From the NCBI GenBank assembly GCA_964187785.1, contig OZ076409.1:36086001-36150000 (forward strand): a stretch of 64,000 nt of DNA. Direction: 5' to 3'. Below are positions 26,946 to 39,586 of the stretch, piece by piece (positions within the stretch are counted from its first letter, which is position 1; each line of letters opens with the position of its first letter). This DNA comes from Amphiscolops sp. MND2022 (taxonomy: Eukaryota). Below the pieces are notes generated by a model. It ran no database searches, was not told the origin of the DNA, and worked only from the letters and a program-made list of their open reading frames with translations. Both the position numbers and the translations under genes were made by a program.

Positions 26946-27600
26946 CCAAGTGTAAAAACTCTTAAAACTCTTGCCAAGATCTTGCATATTCCCGTTTACT
27001 CTTGAAAGCGTTGATAAGATCTCGTTTATTCTTGCTTCACACAAACCTCTTGAAATTCTTGATAGTATTCTTGGCAAGAGTCTTATCAAGAGTGTCAAGA
27101 GAATGTATAACTTGTAAAACAAACCAGTTTTGTTTACAAAGTAATGAAATTCAGAACGTGATAGCTTGGTTGGTAGCGCGAAAAGCTGCGGCATGATAGG
27201 TACGCTGATCAAGCTGCAGTTGGCGTCGGTTTTTGTTTGTTTTTCATTGCTTTTGTCAGCTCATCTCTTGCATTTCTTGGCACGATCTTCGAATATGTAT
27301 GGAACTTGATTTGAAGACGTTAGCATATTTGTTGTATGGCTCGGTCACTTCGCTACCTTCGCCAAGTAGCAACATTGACGCATGGTCATATGGCACGTCG
27401 CTCCGCTTCGCTCCTGCATTTAGGGCACTAGGGGTATGTGAACATAGCTGGCTACGTTATAATAATTATTCCGACAAAATATGCAGGGACCACGCTTACA
27501 TTATAGGGACCACACTTAGTAAGCAGAAATCGCTTGGGACCACACTTAGTCAGGAGTACCCAAGATTCTTATCAAGAGTTGCTAGAGCTGTTACACTGGG
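26946..27600. mobile_element. Old TIR element with TCTTGxxAAGA subterminal repeats, interrupted by another repeat
   Basis: Imperfect TIRs CCAAGTGTAAAAACTCT / AGAGCTGTTACACTGGG; no clear TSD. Confidence 0.5.
27324..27450 (+). repeat. Short interspersed repeat family; copies at ~3870-3990, ~42388-42535 and ~62989-63080 (reverse)
   Basis: Shared TTGTTGTATG.CT...CCTTCG.C...TGGCACGTCGCTCC...TGTGAACAT motifs. Confidence 0.65.
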
Positions 27601-27645
27601 TTAGTAAAAGTGCTATAAAGCTGAAGTGCCATTCTGAATTTCAAG

Positions 27646-28103
27646 CAGGGGTGCCCAAAAATTAATTGCAATTAATTGCTGCCACTTCAACAATGAAAAT
27701 CAATTAATTTTAATTGCTCTTCTGAAAAATTAATTAACTGCAATTAATTGCAGTTAATTGTATCTCTACTCTATTAAGTAACAACAAAACTATTAATCAC
27801 AATAATGAATTCAAGCAACAATTGATGCAAGAATTTGTTCGTCCCAAAATCTTTTATTCATCTTCAGGAAAAGTTGCATCTCCAAATTCATTGGTAGCAG
27901 ACTTTGACGTAAATCACCGAATTAATATGCAGCAGATTCACTTGCAAGTTGCAAATGAATGAAATACATGTATTACAGCAATTAATTGCAATTAATTGGA
28001 ACGAAAAAATTAATTAATTTTAATTGCAATTTTCTAGCAATCAATTAATTTCTAGCAATTAATTGCAATTAATTTTCAATCAATTAATTTTTGGGCAGCC
28101 CTG
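27646..28103. mobile_element. hAT-type MITE with repeated CAATTAATTG palindromes
   Basis: TIRs CAGGG.TGCCCAAAAATTAATTG; perfect 8-bp TSD ATTTCAAG (27638-27645, 28104-28111). Confidence 0.9.
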
Positions 28104-30432
28104 ATTTCAAGCGATGTAATTTCTGACTTTTTCAGATACAAAAAAGCACTTTGAAAGCAAAAGTTTTTTGAACATTGTGAGGGTCCTAGATTTCCTTTCT
28201 AGTTTTTTTTTCACTCTGCGAGATTGAGAATTATTCAGAAATATCCTTAAAGCTTTGACGTATTCTGGGCATTTTGAGCTTTAAGCGCGGCACCAACTTC
28301 TGCCGTTCCAGGCTTGCTCAATAAGATACGATTGGTGCAATCGCACGTTGACCCTCAGTGCAACTAGTAATACACGATCAAGACACAGTAAGACTTCTAC
28401 ATGTCAATCGTAGTACGAATCGTGGCTCAGATTTTGGCGTGACTGCGATACGTATGTCAGAGTTCGTATGCAAGTGTCCGCAACCCATGCCAGCAACTCA
28501 GTATAAGAATCGGTGCAATAGTACGCTTATTTTAGACCACTGCCTTACAAAGTAGCAATGTGCTTTTTAAAAGAATCCATAGAAAAGTCGGTTTTCACTC
28601 CTCAGTAAATCCACAAGAAGAAGCTAATTCGTCATGAAAAGTTTGTCTTTTATGCTGTATCATTGCATGTGAAAATGCCGTACTCTCAAGTACCAAAATT
28701 GAAATGGAAACTTCAATTGAGTCCATGATTTTTTGGGCAATTTAATTCCCAGTTACTTATATATTTTAGGATCACACAATGTTATGCTCCAGAATGCAAT
28801 AGAAAAGAAAGAAGGCGCTAGGGTAAAATTTAGTGTAACGAATGATTTATGCAAAATCTGCCACACTACATTATTTACTGCATGAGAAATTGTAACAGGA
28901 GGTCCATGATTGATAGATCATGTTACGATATTACTACGTTAAAGCATGTTAGTGCTGAGAATCAACCTGAGATTTTTTTGAACCGACTTTCAAAGTACTA
29001 ATAGAAAGCGTCTGAGCATGGTCTAAGCGCTAGCTGAGCAGAGGGAAAATTTTGTTTACAAATTGCCGGAACCAATAATATAATTCTGATTTCGCTCATA
29101 ACCCGTCATAGTGCAGCAAATAGCATTTTCAAAACTGCATTTGGGGCAACTACGGCCATTAAGCTATCTTCGAGCGAACCAAAACGATTTGTGTGCTACT
29201 GAACGACCAGATAATTTAAGGTATTTTAGGCTGCAGTACAACGCATTCAAAAAACAATCGTAAAGCGGTAATTTCGCCGTTTAAATCGAGCTTATCTGTA
29301 TATGTATAAATGGAAAAGTATGTTTTTGTTCACGTTTATCGCGGCATCAAAAGTGCGGTACAGAAACTTTAGGCGAGCCAATTGTGAAGTGATGCATCAC
29401 TACAATCTAGACACTGATAGGAGTTCGCGCCTTGCTTCAAGATCGAAAATATAAGCGAAAAATGGGGAATCATGAAAAAACGAAATCTGTTGAAATATTG
29501 TAAGTTCAATTTTTCATCTCCCTCTTCTTTCCAATTTCCTTCAACCAGGCTAGGATGGATCTCGATACCATTCCCCCCCCCATTCAGCTTCATGCTTCAA
29601 TCACTAGCTATCCTGCCTTCAATAGTCCTATATTTCGCAGGCCTAGAATTTTTAAGCCACTGGTCCATGACTGTGGACTGAAAAATAATTGGTGAAAAGC
29701 CACTGTACATGTAACAGTCGGCTCTTTATTTCCGATAGTGCCAACTAAAAATTGGATTACGTAAGGCGAGCAGTCAAAACATGATGGCACCAAGTACAAG
29801 TTCAGAAGTCTTCATTAAAATATCCCAAAATATGAAGAACAGGCTTGCTGCTTTAGATGTACCGCCAACTGTAGTGACGTGGTGTGATCGTTCACTTTAT
29901 TGGATAAGCCGAATAAAAGCGCCCCGCTTAGGTTAGGGTAGATGTCGTGATATCGACACAGCAATACTCAAAAGTCGTAGATACCCTAGAGAGTGGAAAA
30001 ATAACATACAAGGGTTTAGAACCACAGTCATATTTGTACTACTATTCGGGTCATACATTGGAGACAACTGAAATGAATGTTAGGCCTCTTTGATGTACTA
30101 ATCCGGAACTAAAGTACAAAAAATACAGAGCCTATAATTGACAGAGATGAGCAGTGATAAAAACTTACGAATGCGATTTAATTATCAAATGCAATCAATC
30201 AGTAGAAAGGTCAGCTACAGGAAAAAAACTCATCACTTGAAACTTATTTTATTGCTGGTTATTTGTTAGATGTTTGAAATTGAGGCAAGGAAGTTGTTGG
30301 AAGTTTCGCTGACGCTGTAAAAAACATCAGTCAAATGCTGTTGTACAAATGACGAGTTGTGTTAATTATACATTTTTTCAAGTTTTCCAACAACAGCATA
30401 TTCAAGGCCTGTACACTTGCATACAAATGAGG

Positions 30433-30943
30433 AACAAGACGGGAACGTCCCAAGTCGCCGCCATATCTAAGGCTCAAAAATGTTCAAGGAACAACTATTG
30501 GAAACAATTGGAAAAAAAATTGGACCAAAAAAGGTAATTTAGGCTCATTAAACGCTTTTTACAAACCTAAAACTTCAAAGAAAGCATAGGGGTACCCTTT
30601 GATAAAACTCGAAAATTTTCGAAAAAAGTCGCATAGTGCCAAAAAACCCAAACTTTGTTCAATAACGTCCCTATGGCACAGTGGTCAACACTTATGCCGT
30701 GCAATCGGGAGGCTGCAGGTTCGAATCTCTCAGGGGTTTTGGCTTTTGTCTAAAAGGCGCTCATTATGAAGTTGACTATTGTGGAAAAAAAAACTTTCTT
30801 AGCTGGACTGCAATGCACATTGACTTCGTCATGTGCAAAAAGTGGACTGACAAAGAACTCAGAGTGAGATTGTCAACTGAAAAAAAACTACTCACTGTAA
30901 TAGTCGGGCTTTTTTCCTTAAGGGAAAAGGCGCCGACTAAAAA
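30433..30943 (-). mobile_element. Helentron/HINE-like element, full length, carrying a tRNA-like module
   Basis: Hairpin GACG-GGAA-CGTC; ends GGCGCCGACTAAAAA. Confidence 0.78.
30667..30740 (+). pseudogene. tRNA-derived sequence (pseudo-tRNA or SINE head) inside the HINE-like element
   Basis: A box TGGCACAGTGG, B box GGTTCGAATC, partial acceptor stem, then TTTT. T and anticodon stems are imperfect. Confidence 0.65.
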
Positions 30944-31077
30944 TAGCGCTTCATGATTGTAAAGTCTACTTTCCTATTGAAAAAAAAACAAGCGATTAAT
31001 TATTTCATGGAGTGTTAAGGGGATTCACTTTCAACTTAGGTGGTATATGTTATATATTGAAAATTAGGCAACAAAAC

Positions 31078-31152
31078 CTTTTCAGCGATGAGGGTTCGAC
31101 ATTCTGCAAGAGTAGTCCGTATAAGCTCGGGTACTTCTGCGTGGTACTGGTT
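31078..31152 (-). CDS. CADPS: CAPS coding exon (not in ORF track): NQYHAEVPELIRTTLAECRTLIAEK
   Basis: Aligns with CAPS '[25 protein letters not shown]'. tttaCAG acceptor, GT donor; 75 nt, phase 0/0. Confidence 0.88.
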
Positions 31153-33425
31153 CTGTAAACAATAGCATAATTTTATGATATGAGTTAAAACACTAGATTA
31201 TCGCAATTCGCAAAACTAACCCCTCTGCCGTCTCCTTTGCCTCTCGTGAGTTTGTCAGCCTGGAAAGAAAGAAAATTGAAATCGACCAAAAATTTATTTT
31301 CGACAAGTAGAAAAAACTCCGACGTTTCACAGATATTGTTCAAAACTGACATTCTTGAAATAATGGAAAAGTGATCTCTAACTGACATTCTTGAAAATAA
31401 TGGAAGAGTGATCTCTAAAAATATACCAAATTGATACGATTCGTAATGAAATCAGCACACAAATTGAGATCATGCTCATAATTAATATGATTTTGATATC
31501 ATTTTGAACTTCTTTTTAGTGTTAAATTGAGACAATTTTTCCAAAAAACCAAAGAACACAAAATAGACGAATAGGAATGCTTCGAACTCCGGTCATTTCT
31601 TCAAAATATTTCTGATGACGTCACGTCGAGCCATATACAAGAACAGACGTGGAGCGTCTGTGTCGAACTTAATTTACCATGAAACTTGACAACATTGGAA
31701 AGATTACGATCAGTCTTGGCAAAACATTTGACAGGCAGACAAAACCTGACAAACTTGAACAATATTTACTCTCAATAAATCCTTCGACCTTAAAAAGGTC
31801 ACCGAAATGTTCTACCGTTTCTGGCGCTGCTTCGTTGGAGGAAAAACAGAATCGAAATCAATTGCAGAAATGGCAATCCGTACTTAACGAAATAATCGAG
31901 GTACCAAGCTCTTGGAATAGTCACTTGATAGGTTGATAATTTGAGAAATCTGCTGAAAAAGAAGCGCCTAAATCCATTAAACTATAGAACCATTTCTATT
32001 GAAATTCCTCTGAAATGGAATTGAGCCATCGGTGTAATTTTTTGATGTTTTTGAAATTGACAAGATAGAACGCATGATATTTTTTAAGCGATATATCTAA
32101 AAATAGAAAAAAAAACGACAAAATGAACTTCTGAATACCCTATCTACCCTTCTAAAATTCTTCTATATAAATAGCCAGTAATTCTCTTGCGCAGCTGCTG
32201 TTTGTAGCTTCCCGTTATCCAACAACCGGAAAACCCTAATGGATTTCAACTGGGGTTGAAAAACCTTCAGTTCAAATAACTATGTCTTCTTTTCATAAGT
32301 TCAGCGCGGAAAGAGCGAGCTTTGAAGAAGAAAGATTTCATCACAATCAAACAATGCTATATCAGCCGCTGATGAAGTTGTGATCACAAAGTGTTATATA
32401 AGGGTAGTAATAGTGCAGATAAATCAGAAATTTAGAGAAGGAAAACACCTCGGGGAAGCTGTGGAGCTCTTACAGGATTGAATGTTGATGAAACAGTTGA
32501 TAGGTCGGGTCGACCCGTTATTAGAACCCAATTCATCTCTCTACCCACTCCTTTGATTTGGAGTAAACTTCACGCGTCGAATCAGGTGTGTTAATTAAAC
32601 CCGTGATCTACCATTACCTTCCAATAAAATGGGAGGGGGAACAAGCAATCTGAGTGACATTGGAGGTTCAACCAGTAGATGTATTTAATTTATAGGGTCT
32701 ACAGTTTGGTTTTGGAATATTTACATTTAATGTTTCGATTTAAACACCCAATAAAAGTTGTTTGTACATGATCCCATGGTCTTTAATAATAAAATATTTA
32801 CAATTGGACGGATTTTGTGTACATACATGATTGGATTCCAGCAATATCATGTGAAGTGTGTAACCGGTAAAGATATCACGTTCGGACTGTGGCAGTGTTA
32901 GTTAAAAGCTACGACTACTGAAGTATATAATATTCAATACAATATTTTAAAATGAACAATTTCATACCCTATTTCGAAAGAGTCGCTTTGAGAAGCCTAA
33001 GTAAACCTAAAACGTCACATGACACATCATACGAAAGCTGGGGAAATCTCTGAAAGAATGGTCAAATTTTGATTTTTTCCGGAGAGAGGAGACGTAAGAA
33101 AAATTACGAAACTTTGAATTCTCTTCAAAATTCAAATACCTAAATCTCTGACTTTGAAAGCATCATAAATCTCGAATGCCCCGGAGTGTTTATGATTCAG
33201 GGGCTTGATTTCATGACTTGAAAGACTACTTAGAATAATGAAGTTTTTCATTTCGTAGAAGCTTGTCTCTAGAGCTGGGCTCTGGAGCGAATTAGGCATT
33301 TATTGAGGGAAGAAAGAAGACGGAAGAAGACTCGCATGTTGTCCACCCCAGGTGTAATTCAATCAAACTCTCACGGGATTAGCATTGGAGTGAGGAGATC
33401 AATCGTCAGTCAATCGGTAACTAAC

Positions 33426-33452
33426 CTCTTTACCAAATATGATCTTGTCAAA
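33426..33452 (-). CDS. CADPS: Probable 27-nt CAPS microexon: FDKIIFGKE
   Basis: cttttCAG acceptor and GTTAGT donor, phase 0/0. Fills the roughly 10-aa gap expected between ...LDCDEK and NQYHAE... Confidence 0.6.
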
Positions 33453-33952
33453 CTGAAAAGTGGCAGTTGATTCATTACCGTATTCACACCATATAATTCA
33501 AACCACTACTGTTACAAATAATAATAAATTTTCAGTCACATCAGTCCGTCCGAAGTGAACTATTCCATTGCAATGGAAAACACTTTGCAGAAATCAACAT
33601 TTTCTGTGACTCGGCACTTTAACAAGAATACATTCATCTCTCAATGAATATCATACAATTGTGGATATATGTAAGTCTGAATTTCAATTCCCCGAAGGGT
33701 GAATTCTAAATCAGCTCGTGGACACAGAAATGAAGAGCTCTACTGATTACCACTGGACATGAAGGGACATTAAAACTCTCATGGGGATAGCGCGTCAAAA
33801 AGGGCAACAGGTTATGTAGAATTTAGAACGGAAATGCTTATAATGAGTGATACAGGTGTAAAAAAGAATCCCAAGGGAACTGAGTACGTAATGTGAGATG
33901 AATCACCACTATGATGATAAACTAGGCCCATTTAAGGTCGTTACCCACTCAC

Positions 33953-34064
33953 TTTTTCATCGCAATCCAAGAGACAGTTGATCATGACAGAAATTGAGTT
34001 AGGGATCATGTATCCAGTTCCTGAGCCTCCCTTCGAAATGTGGTTGTCGAAATGAGTCTTAGTC
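33953..34064 (-). CDS. CADPS: CAPS coding exon (not in ORF track): TKTHFDNHISKGGSGTGYMIPNSISVMINCLLDCDEK
   Basis: Aligns by eye with CAPS 'TRIAFEVKLQK...[20 protein letters not shown]'. ttgCAG acceptor, GTGAGT donor; 112 nt = 1+37x3. Confidence 0.88.
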
Positions 34065-36219
34065 CTGCAACAATAAACCTCATATTTGACAAGCTAAAAG
34101 ATTTTCCCGGAATCCTTATTTTTTTTTATAAAAAAGATTTCAAGTTCATTTTTATGTATGACTATTGAGAAGTGGTAAATTGTTTGTACTTTGAAGCTTA
34201 TATCAAGCCCAAAACATGCAGTTAGTCAGTCTAGCTTAACGAAGAATAAGACAAGAATTACAGCTACTTTGACCGCTTCAGGTCTCATAGTTATTTTGAA
34301 ACAGCAAAAACTTTGCAATTAATACTAAAAAAGATCATCTAATAATCTGGGGATAAAAGCATGGTTAAAAATTTAAACATCCAATCCCAAACAGATTTCT
34401 CATGAACATTTGTTCTTGAAGTTTGCAAAAAAGTTGCCATTGCAATCATGACTGCAATCCAAATCTTGAACTATAAACTGTTACTTCTTGAAAAATGACT
34501 TGCGAACGGTAACTAATTTTTGCTTTCTTATGTGAATGCAGGTGAGGCTCTCAACCAACGATTAATAATTAGTGAACACTCGTTCGCTTCATGTCCCCGG
34601 CGTCTCAAGTGTCTCCAATACCTTCTGAGAAAGAACAATGGGAAAGGTAACGTCTGGTCTGGAAAATATTGACTGAGTGCAAAAAATAATTTTTCACCTT
34701 ATGCAGAAATACTAACTGAAAACATCAAAAATCTGGGGCCTCAAAAAAGGGGCCTTTTGTGAAAAGAGGTTGTTTTTGACAAAAGTTGCACAGTGTCGAA
34801 AAACACCACTTGCGCCTCTTCCTTTACAAACTTTAAAAATTTTTAGACTCACTCAAGTCACTTCAGACGGTAGTTAACTGTCGAATGAAGTTGAGTTCAA
34901 TATCGAAAATCAAGTGGAAAATTGTCAAGAAAAACGTCTGTGGAATGAAACGAGGATAGTCCACATGCTAATTTTGCAGTTTTTCAAAATTTAACTCAGA
35001 AATAAAACAAAAGTGCGCTGGACCGGTTCAATCAAATGAACCTTAAAATCAAAAGCTTTGATTAGGCTCCATTGAGAGAAATTGAGTGGAACGATTTTGG
35101 AAGATCGTCAAAAACACATTTTTACTACTTCTGATCAAGTATTTCTCGAAAATAATTCCAAGACTTCAAAAATTGGCTCCCTGATGATCTTTCAGAAAAA
35201 CTTTGGTTAAAAGTAAGTGAACTGGAAAAAATTGTTTTAAAAAAACTATTACACAGTAGAAAATTTTAGTCATTTTGAGGTTGACGATATCTAATATTCT
35301 TTCAAAAATTCATCGGTCGTAAAAAATTGGTAGTATTTACTAAAAATTGAATGCAGTTCTCACTACATCAGATGACCTGCTGTAAAAATTGGGTACTAAT
35401 CTCCAAACTTTTTCTTCATTTCCCCTTGGCTATTGGTTTTTCAAATACGGAAGGTTCTAAGAAGCACCTGGATTCTTAGAAAGAAGAACAGTATTTGAAC
35501 TCCAGCAGAAATATAAGGACGGAATTCAGGACAATTTCCAAGTTCACAAGGCGTCTGCTCTGCAACATTGAAGACATCAAATTCTTATCAAAAGGTTTCG
35601 TTTCCAATTAAAATGATTCAAAGCCTGCTTCAAAGCCTAATGCCGCAGAACATTTCAAGTTACATCAACTAAAAGGTCAGCAAATCCCGCCCATTTGATC
35701 TATCTTTCTAATATGAATTCTGAGCACGCGCTAATTCCGACAACCAAATCAAATGACAGAGGCGGACAAAAATTCTATCAAAACAATGCAAATGGTGTCA
35801 GATGCACTATATAACCATAGTTGAATTAAGTATTGATTATCAAATTCCAGCCGCTTTAACTTAAAAGGGCTAAGTAATTTTGAAATATGAAAAATTCCCA
35901 TTTCATTTGAGAGGACGAAATTTGAGTTCGAAGAACGATACTCGTAAATCGCGTAGAACTATTTGATAAATTTAAAATCATACGATAGCCTTTTAAAAAG
36001 CATTAGCTGTTAAATTTATTACTTTCCGCCCATATTTCATATGGGAAAGGAAAATATCTAAATCAAACGGTTTTTTTTCACAAAATTTGCCAAGCACCAA
36101 TTTTATATTTAACTTCAGGGTGTTACCCATAGAATTCAACTCCCATAAATTTAGCTTCGTGCGAATTGTAGTAGAGATTTCTGGACTTTTTTAGTTGACC
36201 CCAAGGATCCCAGAATGAC

Positions 36220-37290
36220 CCAAAAATGAGAAAATTTCCAATTATTTTACGTTTTAAGGCAGTTTTTTGTCAATTTTTTGATAGATATCCTAAATTAGAA
36301 TGTTGGAAACGTTCAACAAGGCACAAACAAACCCGTTGTCCAATAGTCTTCTATGAAGAGATAATTGCTGTTTTCCAGAAGGAAAAGATCTCAAATTGAC
36401 ACCGAAAATGACAAAAAGCCCAAAATTTTTCATTTCTCAGTTTTTATGAAGTTGGTTGTCCAGTAGTCCTTTATGAAGAGATAATTGCAGATAATTGCTT
36501 TAATGAAGAGATAATGTTCTAAATGAAATTGTCTCAAATTGACACCGAAAATGACAAAACCAAAACTTTCCAATTTTCAAAGTTTTTACGCATTTCTTGT
36601 CAAATTTTTGTCAAACTTCGTGGATTGAAACGTTTTAAAGGGTCAACAAGAAAAGAATGTGTTGCCCAGTAGGCTTTTACGAAGAGTTTATTACAGTTTT
36701 GTAAGTGAAAATGTCTCAAATTGACACCGAAAATGACAAAACCAAAACTTTCCAATTTTCAAAGTTTTTAGGCATTTTTTGTCAATTTTTTGACAGATTT
36801 CGTGGATTGAAATGTTTTAAAGGGTCAACAAGGAAAGGGTTCGTTTTCCAGTAGTCTTCTATGAGAGATAATTGCAATGTTCTGAATGAAAGTGTCTCAT
36901 TGACACCGAACATGACAAAAATCCCAAAACTTTCCAATTTTCAAAGACTTCATGCCTCTTCTCGAATTTTCGACAAACTTCGTCAATTGTAACGTTGAAA
37001 CGGGTCAACAAGGAAAAAATGTGTTGTCCAGTATGCTTAGAAAAGGGATAAATGCAGTTTTTGAAACGAAAACTGTCCGGAATTGACATCGAAAAAGTTT
37101 TCCGATTTTCACTACTTTTGTTCAATTTTCGTCAAAATATTGTTGGACTTCGTGGACTGAAACGTTGAAACGCCTAAGGCACGGGCAAATTCGTTGTTTT
37201 GATGAGCGTTCGTTACGAGATAAGTTCAACTTAAAAAAAGAAAAATGCCTCAAATTGACCCTGAACTGTCGAAAAATTTGTCAACTGAAA
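36220..37290 (+). repeat. Diverged tandem repeat with a ~181-bp period; more degraded units extend to ~38560
   Basis: Marker AAATTGACACCGAAAATGACAAAA (or variants) at ~36393, 36536, 36718, 36899, 37081 and 37252. Confidence 0.8.
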
Positions 37291-39388
37291 GTTTTTGATG
37301 TTTTCGATACAATTTCTGTACATTTTCAGAGAGATTTCGTTCTAGGTTCCAATACATTCAAATCGAAAACGAAAGAACGAGCTTTGCATAACATGTTTTG
37401 AAGAGAATGTTGCAGCGTTTCGCTTCAAAAATACTTCAGAATGACTGAGAAGCAGTCGAAAAATTTCAACATCTTCGTTTTTCTTCAAGTTGTGTACTTT
37501 TTGAATAATTTTGGAGTCAGAATGTTGGCAACCGCTCAACAAAGACTGAACGCATAATCCAATAGGCTTTTAAAGGAATATTTGCAGACTTCAGTTGGAA
37601 AACAGCTCGAAATTTACCCCAAAAAGTCGACAATGACGAAATTTGTCGATTTGACAATTTCAGTGAATTTTTGAGATTGGAAAAATTCGGAAAAGTAAAA
37701 GCATCAAAAAGGTCCGAAGCACGTTCTTAGAAAATGCCTGATTTGTGGTCGAAAATTTCATCAGCATGACTCAAATATTGAAAAGACTGAGAATTTTCAA
37801 TTTTTTAAAACATTTTCAGGCCGTTTTTGTACAATTTTTGAGCATCTTCGTTGCATTAAATGGCTTTAAACACTCAACATTGACTAATCCGGGTATCTCC
37901 AGTAGGTAGATTTGAAGAGATAACTGCATTTTTCTGTTGGGATTGGCCTCAAAAACACCCAAAAATCCATGAAACAACAAAAAGCACGTTGTTTAACAAA
38001 CTTATCCCAATTTTTGTTCGAACCACGAATGTTTTGGAAGAATAGAACATCCAATGACCTGAACGTCGAAACAAAAAAAAAGATATTCAAAACGCAATTG
38101 GGGAAAAAGTGGGATGAAGTTCATCGAGTTTACAACAAAGGTTTCAAAGTTTCCGAACTTTCTTCATTTTCGACAACATAGTCCCAATTTTGGACCTTTT
38201 CCGAAAATTTACTTCAATCAGAAATACCATAGGCTCAAGACTGAAACGTGTAGCTACAGGTGGTGTTTCGAAAAGTTAAGATTATATGCACAACTTTCAA
38301 AAATTTGAAAGCGTAAATTTCGACCTCATTTGTCCAATACTAAATTTTCAAAACCTCCAAGCAAAATCACTTGAAAAAGCAGTACACCTTCGAAAAGAAA
38401 ATGTTCCCAGCTACTTCGTGGGTTGAAATGGTGTATACATTCAACAACAACAACTATACCCGGTGTCCAGTAGGCTCATTTTTGAAGAGACATCTTTAGA
38501 TTCATGCAAGAAAAGTTCCTCATATTGACACCAAAGTTGTCAAAACTATTTCCAATTTTTGACACTTCTGGTGAAACTGGTTGTGCAATAATATAACAAA
38601 CCGGGATCACTCAACTTCCCTAAAATTGCGAAGGACCTAGTTTCAAGCTTTTACCATTTTCTCAGTGCAAAAAATTACCTCAAGAAATACGCCTGAGACC
38701 TGGAAACCACATTTTCACCAACGGGAATCACAAAATACCTAACTTTTCATTTTTCTCTGGTGAAGTTCTATGATGGCGACACGAGTTTCAGCTCGTAAAA
38801 CTACTCTTCTCAAGCCAACATCAGCTATGAAAGCAAGGGGGTACTCTTTGACCAAATGAAAGTTTCGGAAAGACGCACAGAGCTGGAAAACTGAAATGAT
38901 GTAATTTCCACAAGCAATAAGAAACCTTATTCCATATGATCAAAAGTAACAAAGAAGTCACCCTTAAGACTCGGGAAACTTATTTCCTTTACAGAAAACC
39001 TCAAAAACTAACAATTGCGAAAAATGTTTTTCGAAAATTATTTTCAAAAAATTCATTGAAAATTTTCTCTTTTCTCGGTAAGTCGCATAGTGCCGAAAAA
39101 AAACGAAAAGTGGCTAGCTATCGCAGAAATAATAAATTAGGTGTTTCCTTTAAAATGGGCTAAGATGAATCAAAGCTTTCTTTTCTTCGATTTTCTTTGT
39201 GTTTTTTAGTGCATTGGCTATTCTTGAGCCTCAAATTTAGGTAGTTGTAGAACAATTTGGGGCGGAAAATCTCGCTGCTAAGCGGGTGTCGTGTTACAAG
39301 TTTTTTTCTACACGAGCTTTTAAATTCAGCTTAACTTCGCAATAGGTCCATCATACGATTCGGCATTGTTGTTTAAAACGATACGTAC

Positions 39389-39586
39389 TTGCGGACAGCC
39401 TGTTCGATCATGTCAGCAGCGAGTAGTTTGAGCCTCTGATCCAGGTGATCTCTGAACTCTGGGTCGGGCCAGTTGATGTCGTGCATGAAGTCTTGCAGGG
39501 CACACAGTTTGTGGATTAGGTTGTCACTCGCCACACTTCCTCGAGGGGGGATAGCAGCAGTCTCTGCCTTGTTCTGGTTTCTCCGT
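39389..39586 (-). CDS. CADPS: CAPS coding exon (MHD1 region): RRNQNKAETAAIPPRGSVASDNLIHKLCALQDFMHDINWPDPEFRDHLDQRLKLLAADMIEQAVR(K)
   Basis: Matches CAPS 'KLDALQ.FI.DL.WP..EF..HL.QRLKLMA.DMIE'. ttttCAG acceptor, GTACGT donor; 198 nt = 1+65x3+2. Confidence 0.95.

Noticed and set aside
30667..30740. Functional tRNA gene
   Set aside because: T-arm and anticodon stems are mispaired and it is embedded in a repeat; kept only as tRNA-derived.
32449..32466. Second possible CAPS microexon (LHSFPE, minus strand)
   Set aside because: Weak acceptor without a polypyrimidine tract and a poor donor (GTGTTT); not supportable.
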